This document shows, in pieces, positions 29,118 to 37,936 of a stretch of 54,027 nt of DNA. The notes beneath the pieces were generated by a model. The model was given only the letters and a program-made list of their open reading frames with translations, was not told the origin of the DNA and ran no database searches. A program made the translations under genes and the position numbers. The DNA comes from a candidate division WS1 bacterium (GTDB lineage: Bacteria > Armatimonadota > Zipacnadia > Zipacnadales > UBA5352). Where the stretch lies: NCBI GenBank assembly GCA_012522765.1, contig JAAYJW010000372.1, positions 1 through 54,027 on the forward strand, written 5' to 3'. The stretch's first letter is position 1. Each line of letters opens with the position of its first letter.

Positions 29118-29157
29118 CGAACAACCGTTTGCGGCAGACGAACAGTTGTGCTATGAT
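29118..29157 (+). promoter_or_regulatory. lexA promoter overlapped by two GAAC-N4-GTTC-type SOS boxes
   Basis: Boxes CGAACAACCGTTTG (29118-29131) and CGAACAGTTGTGCT (29139-29152). Promoter TTGCGG (29129-29134), 17-nt spacer, TGn-TATGAT (29152-29157). Confidence 0.7.
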
Positions 29158-29234
29158 GGCGCGCGAGGGCAGATGCCCGAGGCACATCCATGGCCCGCGA
29201 GATCGGGTCGGACCAACGGGAGGTATGTTCTATC

Positions 29235-29864
29235 ATGAGCGGTGAAGCACTCACACCGATCAGGCGCCGGATACTCGATTTCATCGCACGGACGGTGGAG
29301 GAGCAGGGCTACCCTCCGACCGTCCGGGAGATCGGGGCCGAGGTGGGGCTGAAGTCAAGCTCCAGCGTTCATTACCACCTGCGGGTGCTGGAGAAGGGCG
29401 GCTACATCGAGCAGGGTCGCACTGCCGAGGGTTCGCTCACCCGCGCGATCCGTGTGTCGGGACCTGAGCACGGGGCCGGCAGAGCGGCGACGCGCTATGT
29501 GCCACTGATCGGGACTGTAGCGGCAGGTCAGCCGATCCTCGCGACGGAGAACATCGAGCAGCTTGTGCCCACCTCCGCGGATCTTTTCGGTGGGGGCGAG
29601 TTGTTCCTCCTCGAGGTCGCCGGCGACAGCATGATAGAGGCAGGCATTCTCAATGGCGACCTGGTGGTCGTGAGCCAGCAGCCTACAGCCGAAGATGGGG
29701 AGATAGTGGTCGCTCTGCTTGGCGACGAGGCGACGGTCAAGTATCTCCACCGCCACCCGGACCGGATAGAACTGAGGCCCGCCAACGCCGCTCTCGAGCC
29801 GATCTTCGTGGATGACGTGCAGATCATCGGCCGCGTCAGGGGCGTGATCCGAGCGCTGCGCTAG
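29235..29864 (+). CDS. lexA: SOS repressor LexA
   Basis: GYPPTVREIGAEVGLKSSSSVHYHL wHTH, cleavage site VAAGQP, catalytic GDSM serine and ATVK lysine. Confidence 0.97.
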   Translation: MSGEALTPIRRRILDFIARTVEEQGYPPTVREIGAEVGLKSSSSVHYHLRVLEKGGYIEQGRTAEGSLTRAIRVSGPEHGAGRAATRYVPLIGTVAAGQPILATENIEQLVPTSADLFGGGELFLLEVAGDSMIEAGILNGDLVVVSQQPTAEDGEIVVALLGDEATVKYLHRHPDRIELRPANAALEPIFVDDVQIIGRVRGVIRALR

Positions 29865-31144
29865 TTCACGCGGCGCAGCACGGCGACCACGGCATCATCG
29901 CGGAACTCGCCGCCGCTGTAATCGCGTACGGTTCGCATGACGGCGGTTGCTATCTCGTTTGCGGAGGCGCCCTCATTCGCCGCCAGCACCTCAATCAGGC
30001 GCTCCTCGCCGAACATCTCGCCGCCGCGCAGGCGCGCCTCATGCACCCCATCGGTCGTCATCACCAGCACATCGCCGGTGCCCATGCGCGTGGAAAGCTG
30101 CGAGTAGTGGGGCTGGAGCGTCACTCCCACGAGCGGTGTGCCGGTGTCCAGCCGTAGCACGTCATCGGTGCGGCCCTCACGCAGGAGCAGCGGGTAGGGG
30201 TGGCCGCAGTTGGTGTAGGTCAGCCTCCCGGTCGGCAGGTGAAGCTGGATGACCACGGCGGAGGCGAAGCTGGAGGGCTGCATCGCATCGTAGACGCCAC
30301 GATTCACACGATCGGCGATCTCGGCGGGCGCCAGCCCCTCCCGTCCGGCGGCGCGCAGATGTGAGTGCATCATCGAGACGTGCATCATGCCGTACACGCC
30401 CTTGCCGGCCACGTCGGCGACCCACAGCAGTAGACGGTCATCGCCGACGAGCATCAGGTCGTAGAGGTCGCCACTGACGACACGGGCTACCTCAAGCCGG
30501 ACGGCCAGTTCGTAGCCTTCGAGTTCGGGGAGATCTTCGGGCAGCATCTGCTGCTGCATGCTGCGGGCCAGAAGCAGTTCGTGGCTGAGGCGAAGAGCGC
30601 GCGCGCGTTCCATCTCCCGAGCGCGCAGCACGTAGGAACTCACAAGCGCGAGAATGAGCAGTACCGGCGCGCCATTGCTCCACAGCAGGATGAGCATAGG
30701 CATCATCCCGAGCTGTCCCTGGGTGAGTATCTCCTGTGAAATTATGAAGCCAATGAGGGCGAACAGCGCGCTGATGATGGCGCCGGGCCTGCCGAACCAC
30801 ATGGCGGCGACGATGACGACGATGTAGTAGAGCTGAAAGAGCGCGACGGTCTGATCGCCCCACGCCATCACCGCGGTGGTGATGAGGTAGAGGTCCACCG
30901 CGATCGCGAGGGGGCGCTGCAGCGGTAACCAGCGGCCCGCGAGCCGTGATACGAAGAGCGCGAGGGTGTAGATGGCGGCGACGACCGAAGCGATCTGCAC
31001 CCCGACGGGTGTCTGACGGGCGAGGCCGAGGAAGGGGGACATGATAATCGCAATGATGATTGCACTGCGCACCAGCGCCACGATGATGTCCGACTCGTCC
31101 TCGCGGTCAGATCGCCTGTCAGCGTTGGTCTGATTGTCCGCCAA
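29861..31144 (-). CDS. Membrane-bound PP2C/SpoIIE (RsbU-like) serine phosphatase
   Basis: About 6 N-terminal TMs, then ARSMQQQMLP, VSGDLYD, VADVAGKG, TNCGHP, TTDGVHEA and RDDA. GGGAGG RBS before the TTG at 31144. Confidence 0.9.
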   Translation of the reverse strand: MADNQTNADRRSDREDESDIIVALVRSAIIIAIIMSPFLGLARQTPVGVQIASVVAAIYTLALFVSRLAGRWLPLQRPLAIAVDLYLITTAVMAWGDQTVALFQLYYIVVIVAAMWFGRPGAIISALFALIGFIISQEILTQGQLGMMPMLILLWSNGAPVLLILALVSSYVLRAREMERARALRLSHELLLARSMQQQMLPEDLPELEGYELAVRLEVARVVSGDLYDLMLVGDDRLLLWVADVAGKGVYGMMHVSMMHSHLRAAGREGLAPAEIADRVNRGVYDAMQPSSFASAVVIQLHLPTGRLTYTNCGHPYPLLLREGRTDDVLRLDTGTPLVGVTLQPHYSQLSTRMGTGDVLVMTTDGVHEARLRGGEMFGEERLIEVLAANEGASANEIATAVMRTVRDYSGGEFRDDAVVAVLRRVN

Positions 31145-31268
31145 TTGGCCACACCTCCCGGGAAGACAGATCGCAGGTGACGCACAAGGTTTTCTCCGGC
31201 GGGCCGCGGAATACCTGCTGAGCGGCACGAACCGCAGCTCAGATCCGGCGCCACGAAGGAGAGACAGG

Positions 31269-31937
31269 TTGAGCGGGCCAATGCCAGAATCCGAGGCCCG
31301 ACGCAAGCGCGAGTGGATGATCGATACCCAGCTTCGGTCGCGCGCAATCACTGATGAGCGGGTGCTCGCCGCGATGGCACGTGTCCCACGGGAGCGTTTC
31401 GTCGCTGAGGCGCTCGGGCACAGTGCCTATGACGACTCGCCGCTGCCTATCGGCTTTGGCCAGACCATCTCGCAGCCATACATGGTGGCGGCGATGCTTG
31501 AGGCGCTGGCGTGCGAGCCGCAGCATCGCGCGCTGGAGGTAGGCGCGGGCTCGGGCTATCAGGCGGCGCTCCTTGCGGAGCTGTGCGCGCAGGTGTGGAC
31601 GGTCGAGATCGTTGAGCAACTCGCGGCGCAGGCTGCGGCGACACTCCGGGCCCTTGGGTACTCCACCGCGAAGGTCGTTGTAGGCGATGGCACACAGGGG
31701 CTGCCCGAACATGCCCCGTATGATCGGATCATCGTGGCGGCGGGCGCACCATCTGTGCCCGAGCCGCTGCTCGAGCAGCTTGCGGAGGGCGGCCGCCTGG
31801 TGATTCCCATCGGCGGCCGGGTGGGGCAGCGCCTTGTCATCTGCCGCCGCGAGAGTGGTCGGATACATCGCTGCGAGAGCATGTCCTGCGCTTTTGTGCC
31901 GCTGATCGGGCTGTATGGTTGGTCACCGGGGCTTTAG
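31269..31937 (+). CDS. pcm: Protein-L-isoaspartate O-methyltransferase
   Basis: VPRERFV, AYDDSPLPIGFGQTISQPYMVA, LEVGAGSGYQAA, APYDRIIVAAG and FVPLIG. Start is either TTG 31269 or ATG 31281. Confidence 0.95.
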   Translation: MSGPMPESEARRKREWMIDTQLRSRAITDERVLAAMARVPRERFVAEALGHSAYDDSPLPIGFGQTISQPYMVAAMLEALACEPQHRALEVGAGSGYQAALLAELCAQVWTVEIVEQLAAQAAATLRALGYSTAKVVVGDGTQGLPEHAPYDRIIVAAGAPSVPEPLLEQLAEGGRLVIPIGGRVGQRLVICRRESGRIHRCESMSCAFVPLIGLYGWSPGL

Positions 31938-31962
31938 ACGCACCTGCATCAAGGAGGACGAT

Positions 31963-32745
31963 GTGACAACGAAGATTGGCTTTCGCAGCATCGGCTACCG
32001 CCGGTATTCACCCGAGGAAGCAATCCGCCGCATCGCTGCCGTCGGCTTCGACGGGGTGGAGGTCTGCCTCGAACATCCCGGCCTTGAGCCTGAGCGGATT
32101 GATGTCATTGACGCGGCCAGGCTGGCTCAGGTCGCCGCTTCTGAGCGGATCGAGATCGCCACGGTCAGCTACCACGGTGACCGCGATCCGCTGCCACTGC
32201 GCTGGGAGCGCGCTCTGCGTGCCATCGAGCTTACGCAGGCGATGGGGACGGGGGTGCTGATCATCAACTCCCCGCGCCCGGGGCCTGATGCGCCCCCCGA
32301 GCTTGAGGCGATCTTCCACGAGCAGCTTGGGCGCCAGATCGAGCGGGCCGAGAGGCTGGGTGTCACGCTGGCGCTGGAGCCTGAGCCGGGGCTGCTGATC
32401 CACGGCTCCGACGATATGCTGGCGTTGCTGGAGCGTACTCGGAGCGATGTCCTCGCGGTCAACCTTGACGTCGGTCACGCCTATCTGACCGAGAGCGATT
32501 TCCCCGGTTCGATCGTGCGCCTGAGCGAGCACATCGCGGGCGTGCATGTTGAGGGGATGCCCGCAGGTGAGCACCGCCACCTCGTGCCAGGCGAGGGTGA
32601 CCTTGATCTGCCCGCGGTGCTCGATGTGCTGGCGGAGATCGGCTTTGAGGGTTGGCTTACCGTTGATCTGTTCGATATTGCGGACGCACCGGATGAGGCG
32701 GCCACCGCGTCGCTGGAAGAGATGCGCCGGTTGGTCGCCCGCTAA
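31963..32745 (+). CDS. Sugar phosphate isomerase/epimerase (xylose-isomerase-like TIM barrel)
   Basis: GFDGVE, LALEPEP, NLDVGH, HLVPGEGDLD and GFEGWLTVD. AAGGAGG RBS. Confidence 0.88.
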   Translation: MTTKIGFRSIGYRRYSPEEAIRRIAAVGFDGVEVCLEHPGLEPERIDVIDAARLAQVAASERIEIATVSYHGDRDPLPLRWERALRAIELTQAMGTGVLIINSPRPGPDAPPELEAIFHEQLGRQIERAERLGVTLALEPEPGLLIHGSDDMLALLERTRSDVLAVNLDVGHAYLTESDFPGSIVRLSEHIAGVHVEGMPAGEHRHLVPGEGDLDLPAVLDVLAEIGFEGWLTVDLFDIADAPDEAATASLEEMRRLVAR

Positions 32746-32771
32746 TGCTCGTCTGAGGGAGCACGGGAGCG

Positions 32772-33542
32772 ATGGTGGACCTGCCGCGACCAATTCCCCC
32801 GCATGACGCACACACATGCACTACTGCCGGTGGTGGCCGCGACAGCGCCGCCGACATGGTACGCGCTGCCGAGGCCGCGGGACTTGAGGCGATCGCCATC
32901 ACTGATCCGGTATCACTCGATAGCGGGGGTCTCGACGAGAGAGTTGACGCGATCAATCGCCTGGCCTCACGCAGCACGATCGCCGTCATTCCCGGGGCGA
33001 GATGCACGATCCTTGACCCCGGAGGGCGGCTGAGCCTTCCATCGGGCGCTGAGAAGCGCATCCCGCTGGTGCTGGCGGCTATGTCAGCGCAGACGAACCA
33101 GATCGGGCGCGATGTCCCGGCGAGCAGGTCAAAGCTCATTGACAGTGTTTTCGGCGCGCTCAGCGAAGTGGTGCGGAGCGAGAGGGTTGATGTGATAGCG
33201 GACCCGTTCAACCTCGGGCGGTTCCCGGCGCCGCTTGGGCCTTCTGACCTGCCACGAGCTTACGTGCGCGATCTCGCGCGCCTGATGGTGAAGCATGACG
33301 TGGCGCTGGAGCTTTCCGCGCGGGCGTGGTGGTGGCACCCGTCGCTGTCGATCGAGGAGTTCATCCGTGACTGGTCATCGGTCTTGGCGGTATTTGCGGT
33401 GGAGGACGTGAAGTTCGTGGCAGGCACCGGAGCGCGCTGCGCCGGTGAGGTGGGGAATAACCACTTCACGCGGCGAATGATGCGCCTGTCGGGCATCGAG
33501 CTTTCGCAGGTAGTGAAGCTGCATAGCCTCGCGGGGCGATAG
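32772..33542 (+). CDS. PHP-fold protein with degenerate metal-binding motifs
   Basis: PHP layout: DAHTCT, MVRAAEAAGLEAIAITDP, DVIADP, DVALELS and KFVAGTGAR...EVG. Confidence 0.75.
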   Translation: MVDLPRPIPPHDAHTCTTAGGGRDSAADMVRAAEAAGLEAIAITDPVSLDSGGLDERVDAINRLASRSTIAVIPGARCTILDPGGRLSLPSGAEKRIPLVLAAMSAQTNQIGRDVPASRSKLIDSVFGALSEVVRSERVDVIADPFNLGRFPAPLGPSDLPRAYVRDLARLMVKHDVALELSARAWWWHPSLSIEEFIRDWSSVLAVFAVEDVKFVAGTGARCAGEVGNNHFTRRMMRLSGIELSQVVKLHSLAGR

Positions 33543-33579
33543 CCTGGGCGTGGGCCGCTGGATCAGCGCGTCTGGCAGG

Positions 33580-34059
33580 CTATCCGAATAGCCTCACGGC
33601 GAGTTCCGCGATCTCACGCCCGTACTCCGCGCAGCGTCGCCGGGCGGTCTCATCCGGGGCTCCCTGGCAGGTGGGGCCGTAGTGAGGGCCCTTCACAACG
33701 CCCTTGACGATCATCCCGTGCACCAGCAGGCAGGTGATGATATCCATCAGCGTCGTCTCATTGCCACCGCCGATGACCCCGGATGTCGAAAACGCACCCC
33801 CGATTTTGCCGTCCAGTTCCCCGTGATGCTTCACCGACTCATCAATAAGCTGTTTCACCTGTGCCGCCATGGTGCCGTAGTAGACGGGGGAACCGATGAT
33901 GATGGCATCGAACTCGAGCAGGTCGTCGGCGTTGAGATCGCCGACCTCGCGAAGCTGCACCTGCGCCCCCTCGGTCTCCGCAGCGGCCTTCGCGATATGC
34001 TCCGCCATCTCCGCGGTGTGGCCGGTCTTCGAGAAGTATGCCACCAGGATGTCGGCCAT
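33580..34059 (-). CDS. Flavodoxin / WrbA-family NAD(P)H:quinone oxidoreductase
   Basis: YFSKTGHTAEMA, DAIIIGSPVYYG and GKIGGAFSTSG...GGNETTL. Confidence 0.9.
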   Translation of the reverse strand: MADILVAYFSKTGHTAEMAEHIAKAAAETEGAQVQLREVGDLNADDLLEFDAIIIGSPVYYGTMAAQVKQLIDESVKHHGELDGKIGGAFSTSGVIGGGNETTLMDIITCLLVHGMIVKGVVKGPHYGPTCQGAPDETARRRCAEYGREIAELAVRLFG

Positions 34060-34268
34060 CGCTTCATCTGCCTCCTCGCGCGCCTGTCGGACCAACAAGC
34101 AATCGCACTTACCGCACCAAGCGACAGAGTCGCAAGTAGAGCGGGTGCCCTCGCCCGCTCACGGAGCGCAACACTATCACAGTTCAATCCGTCGCGGGAG
34201 TGCTGTTGACGGCATCATCGTTATCGCGACATTTCCGGGCGGACCGACGAGCGCGTGATGTCTTCAGT

Positions 34269-34293
34269 GTGCGGGCGTGGGCGCCCGCACTAC
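34269..34293 (-). repeat. GTAG-type REP-like palindrome
   Basis: Minus strand reads GTAG-TGCGGGCG-CCCA-CGCCCGCA-C in an intergenic region. Confidence 0.45.
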
Positions 34294-34443
34294 ATGATGC
34301 TGAGAGGTAGAGTCGACAGCGAGAGACAGGTGCGTGGCTATCTCCGCGCGATCTCTCTCAGTTCCTGCGCTATGAGGGCAGGGGGCGCCTACCATCATCA
34401 GTCTGCGCCCCCGTCCTGATCACTAACCGCTCACTCGCTGCCG

Positions 34444-35247
34444 TCATCCGATCAGCCGCAGGAGTTCCTTCACGCTCGCCTCGATGCCGTCCTCATCCTG
34501 CGGCCCCGGCTCCCACGCGACCCAGCCGCTCCAGCGTCGCTCGTGCAGCATGTCGAAGACCTTTGCGACCGGCGTAACGCCCTGGCCGAGGACGGCTTCC
34601 TTGCCGCGGGGGGCGCCGTTCTCTTCCCAGCGCTCCGCGTAGTCCTTGATGTGGAAGTGCCACGCCCATGGCATGCACTTCATCACCGCGTCGAAGGCGT
34701 CCTGGCCCCAGAGGGTGAAGTTGCCGGTGTCGGGGCAAAGGCCGAGGCCCTCATCGGCGAGCACCTCGCATGCGCGTGCCATGTCCTCCCCGGTGTGCAG
34801 CAGGAAGCCTGCGTTCTCGATGACCAGCTTCTGCTCGACATCCTTGAATAGCTGGAGCTTCTCCCGCAGGCGGTCGAGGTAGCGCTGGAAGTTATCCTCG
34901 CCCTTATGCGCGTGCTGCGAGCCATGGGTGAAGCAGATGGTCGCGCCGAGTGTCTGGGCGTTCTCGATCCCGCGCGGGAAGGCGGCGTCGGCGGCCTCGA
35001 CCTTCTCAGGCCCATCGCTCACGAGGTCGGCGGAGATGTAGTAGCACGAACACTCGAGGCCGGAACTTTCGAGCGCGCTGGCGAGTGTATCCACGCCATA
35101 CTGATCCACCGCGCGGGCGAAGATGTCTATGCCCTCAATGCCCATCTCCCTGAGCATGGCGAATTGCTCGGCCGGCTCCTGCTCCTCGCCGCGCCAGACC
35201 GGGGGGTAGAGCTTGCCCATCCACATAACTGCGGGTCGCATTGCCAT
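34444..35247 (-). CDS. Sugar phosphate isomerase/epimerase family protein
   Basis: LVIENAG, LCPDTGNF, HFHIKDY, LGQG and GWVAWE. Confidence 0.88.
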   Translation of the reverse strand: MAMRPAVMWMGKLYPPVWRGEEQEPAEQFAMLREMGIEGIDIFARAVDQYGVDTLASALESSGLECSCYYISADLVSDGPEKVEAADAAFPRGIENAQTLGATICFTHGSQHAHKGEDNFQRYLDRLREKLQLFKDVEQKLVIENAGFLLHTGEDMARACEVLADEGLGLCPDTGNFTLWGQDAFDAVMKCMPWAWHFHIKDYAERWEENGAPRGKEAVLGQGVTPVAKVFDMLHERRWSGWVAWEPGPQDEDGIEASVKELLRLIG

Positions 35248-35299
35248 AGGTTCTCTTCTCCTTGTGTCATTGCTGGTTCGTAGCGTCGATGAGCAACAA

Positions 35300-35938
35300 C
35301 TACAGCGCCCGTGCGGCCCAGAGCATGCCGCGGGTGATGATCGTCAACGGCTCTTCCTGTGCCGCAACTTCGGCGTTGTGCCCCAGTGAGGAGTAGAAGA
35401 CGCGGCCCTCGCCCCACATCTTCTTCCACACGACCGGCACCGGCGCGTCGCCGTAGTCGCGGAAGTATGTAACCGCCAGCACCTCATTGTTCGGATCAAC
35501 GTGCATGTAGTACTGCTCGCTGGTGACCTCGAAGTCTTCGATGCCGGCGACGATCGGGTCTTCGGGCTTCACGATCTCGACGGCATAAGTGATGCCCGCG
35601 CCGCCCGGATGCGCGACCCACTGGCCGCCCACCATGAACTGGAACTCGGTCTGCTGCCGGAATGCATCGCCCATCCCGCCATGGAGGCCCGCGATGCCCA
35701 CGCCCGATGCTACGGCACCGAGCAGGGGCTTGAGTTGCTCGGTGGTGATCTCGCCCATCGTCCACTGCGGCACGATCAGGTCGAGGCCCTTGAGCTTCTC
35801 CGCGTCGAGAAAAGCGTCCAGCGTGTCGGAGATCTCCACCTCAAAGCCTTCATCACTAAGAGCGGCACCGAGGATGTCGGCCACCTGCTTCGGCTCGTGG
35901 CCATCCCAGCCGCCCCAGACGATCAGTGCCTTCTTCAT
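35300..35938 (-). CDS. ThuA-domain (class I glutamine amidotransferase-like) protein
   Basis: MKKALIVWGGWDGHEP, GLHGGMGDAFR, GGQWVAHPG, EQYYMHVDP and WGEGRVFYSSLGH. Confidence 0.92.
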   Translation of the reverse strand: MKKALIVWGGWDGHEPKQVADILGAALSDEGFEVEISDTLDAFLDAEKLKGLDLIVPQWTMGEITTEQLKPLLGAVASGVGIAGLHGGMGDAFRQQTEFQFMVGGQWVAHPGGAGITYAVEIVKPEDPIVAGIEDFEVTSEQYYMHVDPNNEVLAVTYFRDYGDAPVPVVWKKMWGEGRVFYSSLGHNAEVAAQEEPLTIITRGMLWAARAL

Positions 35939-36023
35939 GTCGCTCCCTCTCCCGTCAATGCGTGAGCGCTGAGTGTGCTCTTCGCCGCACAGCTCGGTGT
36001 GACCTGCGCGGGGAGCCATCTTC

Positions 36024-36060
36024 AGAAAGTGCGAGGCCGGAGGATGACCTCCGGCCCCGC
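36024..36060 (-). terminator. Hairpin downstream of the pilin-like gene (probable terminator)
   Basis: Stem GCGGGGCCGGAGG / CCTCCGGCCTCGC followed by ACTTTCT on the minus strand. Confidence 0.55.
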
Positions 36061-36088
36061 TACGATCATCGTGTGGCGCAGGGTACTT

Positions 36089-36772
36089 CTACCACGGGTG
36101 GTCGTAGTGGGCCCCACCGGTCTTTGTGAGGTAGAAGTAGTAGTTGTTGTAGTCGCCGCTGTCCTGACCCAGTGGCGGGACGCCGAGGCTACTGACCTTC
36201 ATCCACTTGGCGTGACCATCGCACCAGACGACGTTGAGGCCATCGTTGTGACGGGCCTGATACTCGTTGCGTCGCCACGCCTGCCCGCCGGCCTCGGGTG
36301 CGCAACTGCTTGGGATGAAGACGTAGGCGGCAGACGCGTCCACCCACATGACGGTCTCCGCCGGCTTCTCAAGCTTCGCGATAGGCTGATGCGCAAGCTG
36401 ACTGGAAATGTAGCCGTACTCAGCTCTACCGCGCTGGCTGTTATCGGCGGGAGCCGGCAGATCCGGAAGGATGGTGCGGTTATCTGTGGGACAGTCAAAA
36501 AGCTGCGTGTTCATGACGTAGGGCTGAAGCAGCCAGGCTGCGTAGATCAACTCACCCGTGCCGGTCGCCTCGGACCAACTGTGCATCATCTCATCGTAGT
36601 CCTGAACGTACATCATTTCTGCAGTGCCGATCTGCTTGAGGTTGGAGAGGCAAGAACTCTGACGCGCCTTTTCCCGCGCGCGGGCGAAGACAGGAAAGAG
36701 AATCGCCGCGAGGATCGCAATGATCGCAATCACAACCAGCAATTCGATGAGCGTAAAGCCGGTTCTGCGCAC
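36089..36772 (-). CDS. Prepilin-type N-methylation domain protein (DUF1559) with C-terminal H-X9-DG motif
   Basis: [49 protein letters not shown] and [26 protein letters not shown]. Confidence 0.95.
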   Translation of the reverse strand: MRRTGFTLIELLVVIAIIAILAAILFPVFARAREKARQSSCLSNLKQIGTAEMMYVQDYDEMMHSWSEATGTGELIYAAWLLQPYVMNTQLFDCPTDNRTILPDLPAPADNSQRGRAEYGYISSQLAHQPIAKLEKPAETVMWVDASAAYVFIPSSCAPEAGGQAWRRNEYQARHNDGLNVVWCDGHAKWMKVSSLGVPPLGQDSGDYNNYYFYLTKTGGAHYDHPW

Positions 36773-36992
36773 TTGAATCGCCTCCTGTGTATTCGTTCAT
36801 TCGGGTGCACGCTTCTTCTTGTACCGCCGGTCACCTGCAGTTGTGCGTGTTAAGGTTGCGTGATCGCTTGCGGGGAGCAGACAGGTCAGAGTTGACGCGG
36901 TATCAACCGCATCGTCTGCAGGAGCCGATGCACTCGACGGCGAAGCCGCCTGCTGCGGCACAATAGCCACACTACCGGACGGAGGCCCACTG

Positions 36993-37931
36993 ATGACCGG
37001 CGAGAACGTGCAGATCGCGACTAATCCACTGTGGTCGGCCACCCCCACGCCCCTCACTGAGGAGTTCAAGATCGATGTCGACTCCACGGCACGCCTTGTC
37101 GAGCATCATCTCAGACTTGGCGTTGATGGCCTGTTCATCATCGGCTCCTGCGGGGAGGGGCCGTGGCTGCCGCGCGAGCAGCAGCGCATCTTCATCCGCG
37201 AGGTGTGCCGGCGCAACGACGGCCGTATGACCATCGGCGCGCAGGTGACGGACAATTCGGCGCCGCGGATCATAGAGAACGCGCAAATGGCGGCCGACGA
37301 GGGGGCGGACGTTGCGATCATGGCGGCGCCCTTCAAGCTGATGGGGCCGCTGGCATCGAGCAAGCTGCTCGACCTTTACCTCGACGCAATCGAGGGCAGC
37401 CCACTGCCGGTGGGGATCTACGACCTTGGCACGCGGGACAAGACGCTGGTGCCGCTGGAGGTCGTCTATGAGGCGCTGCGGCACCCGAAGGTCGTCGCGC
37501 TCAAGGATAGCTCCGCGGAACCTGAGCGGCAGGCGGCGGCGCTGACAGTGCGGGCCGACCGCCCGGAGCTTCGCGTGATGAGCGGCGATGAGTTCGACCT
37601 GCCGAAGTACCTTGGCGCGGGCTATGACGGACTGGTGCTGGGAGGGGCGATCTTCAACGGTGCCCTCGCGCGGCAGATCATGGACGCTATCGCCGCGGGC
37701 GAGATGGAGCGCGCGCAGCAGATGCAGGATCGCATGAACGCGCTGATGTATGATGTCTACGGCGGCGAGACGATTTCCTGCTGGCTCGCGGGCCTCAAGC
37801 ACCTGCTGGTGCGGATGGGCATCTTCAGCACACATGCGAACCTGCTCGGCTATGAGCTTAGCGACGACTGCGCGACGAGGATTGAGAGCGCGCTCGAGCA
37901 GTACGACGACGTGCTCTTCCCGGAGGAGTGA
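36993..37931 (+). CDS. Dihydrodipicolinate synthase / N-acetylneuraminate lyase family aldolase
   Basis: ATPTP, GVDGLFIIGSCGEG, IYDL, Schiff-base lysine in ALKDSS, SGDE and GYDG. Confidence 0.9.
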   Translation: MTGENVQIATNPLWSATPTPLTEEFKIDVDSTARLVEHHLRLGVDGLFIIGSCGEGPWLPREQQRIFIREVCRRNDGRMTIGAQVTDNSAPRIIENAQMAADEGADVAIMAAPFKLMGPLASSKLLDLYLDAIEGSPLPVGIYDLGTRDKTLVPLEVVYEALRHPKVVALKDSSAEPERQAAALTVRADRPELRVMSGDEFDLPKYLGAGYDGLVLGGAIFNGALARQIMDAIAAGEMERAQQMQDRMNALMYDVYGGETISCWLAGLKHLLVRMGIFSTHANLLGYELSDDCATRIESALEQYDDVLFPEE

Positions 37932-37936
37932 GGGCA

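Noticed and set aside
36891-36907. FNR box
   Set aside because: The spacing between half-sites is one base longer than TTGAT-N4-ATCAA.
36993-37931. dapA assignment
   Set aside because: It has GSCGE rather than GTTGE and no lysine-pathway neighbours; the context is catabolic.
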